A stretch of DNA of 63,325 nucleotides, filler included, from Folioceros fuciformis (lineage: Eukaryota): assembly GCA_049999805.1 (NCBI GenBank). It is 14 parts of 14 records of this genome, joined end to end, with 100 filler letters (N's around TTAATTAATTAA, not from the genome) between each part and the next. Parts side by side here need not be neighbours in the genome. Positions count along the whole stretch, not along the records: positions 61,031 to 63,325 come from JBNGIO010001965.1; 13 more parts are not named here. One strand, 5' to 3'. The notes beneath the pieces are model-generated. The model saw only the letters and a list, made by a program, of their open reading frames with translations. It had not been told where the DNA came from and searched no databases. This document shows positions 61,032-63,325 of the stretch, in pieces. The number at the start of each line of letters is the position of its first letter. Position 1 is the stretch's first letter. A program made the position numbers and the translations under genes.

Positions 61032-63325
61032 CACAAGAATGGACATGTAGTCATAGTATGTTTTCAGAAGCATCCAGAGAGAAGATCTCAGAAAAATGCA
61101 AGTAGTGGGACAAGGACTATAGCAGTCGATCTTGGAGGTACAGCTACCACAGAAGTTGGTATTAGTGTTGGGGTCTCACGCAGCCGACAGCAAAGGGACA
61201 AGGCCAAAGCTAAGGCTGCATCCAATGCAGAGAAGGTATCTGCCCTAGAAGTCACTGTTGCAACGTTATCTTCACAGCTGGGCGCGCTTACAGCCAGTCT
61301 CAGTAGTGGAGCAACCTCACCCAAACCAGCCAGTGTTGCTGAACTGGTCAAAGACAAGGAGGAGGATTACGGCTCACCACATTAGGTGTGTGTCGCCAAC
61401 TGGATGGAGCCTGAGATGACAATTGTTGAGTTGCCACACACGTGGGTGGGGCAACATTTATACCCACCAGTGTTGGAGACAGCAGCAGGGCCAGTCACTC
61501 GGCAGCGAGGAGTGAGGGCGGTCATGCCCCAGTCTTTTGCACCACTGTCACCAGGAAGTGCAATCCCAGTTCAAGGGCAAGAGCATTCCACATTGGCAGG
61601 AGGGCCACAGACAGTAGACAAGCCTCCACTGCAACCACAGGTGTCAGCTAGTGGGCCAGTCTACTTGATGCCCAGGGCCTTCACTGTGGAACAATTATCT
61701 GAGAAACTGACTGGCATTCCTCTATTCTCTTTGCAAGACATGGGGCTAGGACATGAGCATTTGCCCAAGGAATTGCAACCAATGCAAGTAGTTGTATTGT
61801 CTTCAGGAGCGTCATGCTGGCCACTAGCTCCAGATGGGTGGGTGGTACTTGGTAGCATCTCACCTTGCAGCAGGGAGACAGTCGTTGGAAGCATGTTCGA
61901 AGTTGCAGCAGCTGGAAGGCAGCCTGCTCAACCCATTAGCTCTCCTATGATCCAACACACCAACCGCCTAGCAGTCAGAGTCGGCAATGCACTTGTTGAC
62001 AATGATGCGGGGCATATTATGGTGAATTGGTATGCCCCAAGGGTTGTACTGCTCGACACTGGTGCTCAACCAGTGATCATTGGCAAGACATTAGCTGCCA
62101 GGCTCAACCTCGATGGTTCAGCTCTCAAGAGCTCTCCTTGGAGCATAAGGATAGCATCAGGAGCCATTGAGCCAGTCACCGGAGCGACTATCAAGACTGT
62201 GGATATCACACTCAAGCCAGGCACCCCAGATGCCATGACGCTGAGTCTTCCATGCCTAGTGACAACAGCCACAAACTATGACGTGCTGTTAGGGCAAGAA
62301 ATTCTGTTTCCACCAGGTTTAACTGTGGACAACTGGATAGAGCAGGTGTATTATCGTCCAGATTGGAAGCAAGGAGGGAGAAGGGTGGCACACTTACCCC
62401 TTCGATTGCATTACATGTCAGAGGCTGACACAGCTACACTTGTAGAGCGACAAGCCTGTACAACAGTCCTGGTCAGTGAGGGAACACCCTTGGCCAGCAA
62501 CCATTTGCAGGATGAGGACCACCTAGAGTCAGAGCAAGAGGAGGAGCATGGTGACAGCTACTCAAGCAACACCACAACCACATGCAGATTGACAGATCTG
62601 ATCAAGGCCGCTGACCATCCCACACAGGTTGAGGGTGTGCTGCAGGATGCTTACGAGCATGTCTAGTAGGTGCAAGCTCTGTTGCAGCGAGGACTCAAGG
62701 ATCCCATGCAAGAGCATGTTTTTAAGTCTCAGGTGATTGATTGGCCTATCCCAGCCGCCAGCCTTTTTCACGTGGAGCTGTTTGGCGGCATTTGTACTAG
62801 CCTAAAGGCTTTGCTTAAGGTAGGCCTCCCTATCAGGCGTTATGTATATTGTGACAGCAGCAGGGAAGCACGGCAGATAGCTGCTCATCGCTTACAGGAG
62901 CTCCGCAGCAGGTTCCCCACACAGCTATCGGAGGCAGCCTTAGCTACCACATTCTTAGCACTACCTCAAGACGTTAGGTACATCCCGGCCCTGGGATCCA
63001 TAGACGTGCTAATAGCTGGCTGGGAATGCCAAGGGTTCTCCCAAGCAGGTGCAGGAGCGGGATTGGAGGACCATCGCACTGGGTTGTTTCGAGACCTGCA
63101 ATAGATCTTGGCATGGGTGCAACAGGAAAATCCACAGTGTGGCTATCTCCTCGAGAACACCCCAGCGCAGCTTGACAAGAGGGATTCCGTGCGACAGGAC
63201 ATGGCAGTCGTGGAGCACCATCTTGGTGCTCCCTTTCTTTTGGATGCTATCCAGGTGGGTAGTTATGCGCACCGTCTCCGCAACTACTGGACCAACCTCA
63301 TCCCTAATTCAGTCTTGGCACTCGT
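61032..63325 (+). mobile_element. Retrotransposon polyprotein (gag zinc knuckle - aspartic protease - C5 DNA cytosine methyltransferase), decayed, both ends outside the visible sequence
   Basis: One reading frame with only TAG stops (61383, 62664, 62667, 63102): HKNGHVVIVCFQKHPE; LLDTGAQPVIIG (D at 62055) and YDVLLGQE; then the DNMT motifs. Confidence 0.85.
62760..63325 (+). pseudogene. DNMT3-like C5 cytosine methyltransferase domain inside the retrotransposon polyprotein
   Basis: Motif I VELFGGI (62772), II YVYCD, III QDVR, IV DVLIAGWECQGFS (Cys 63027), GLEDHRTGLF, VI YLLENT (63153), VIII AHRLRNYWTNL (63267). Confidence 0.88.

Overview
Eukaryotic nuclear DNA from a land plant, most likely a seed-free lineage. 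A CAH3-type carbonic anhydrase, short introns and GC-rich genes fit a hornwort, but the taxon is my inference. The window is 14 contigs joined by 13 artificial 100-nt N/TTAATTAATTAA linkers, so adjacency across gaps is unproven. Host genes: three tandem DUF4228/PADRE genes, a Gnk2/DUF26 protein, two halves of G-type lectin receptor kinases, tRNA-Leu(AAG), L-ascorbate oxidase, a 4CL-like acyl-CoA ligase, a STIG1-family protein, COMMD9 and a CAH3-like thylakoid-lumen alpha carbonic anhydrase. Much of the rest is nested Copia, Gypsy and LINE debris. Two putative mobile-element DNA methyltransferases stand out. (1) At 61032-63325 a single reading frame runs gag zinc knuckle - aspartic protease - DNMT3-like C5 cytosine methyltransferase, indicating a retrotransposon that encodes its own DNMT. 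(2) At 1-1876 a long decayed ORF ends in a prokaryote-type beta-class N4C/N6A amino-methyltransferase domain, on the same contig as ordinary plant genes. Both are broken mainly by CAG>TAG or CGA>TGA-type stops. Also notable: a Copia family with non-canonical AGTTAGAA...TTCTAACT LTR termini and antisense ORFs next to the polypurine tract (PPT). All family calls come from motif recognition by eye; no searches were run.
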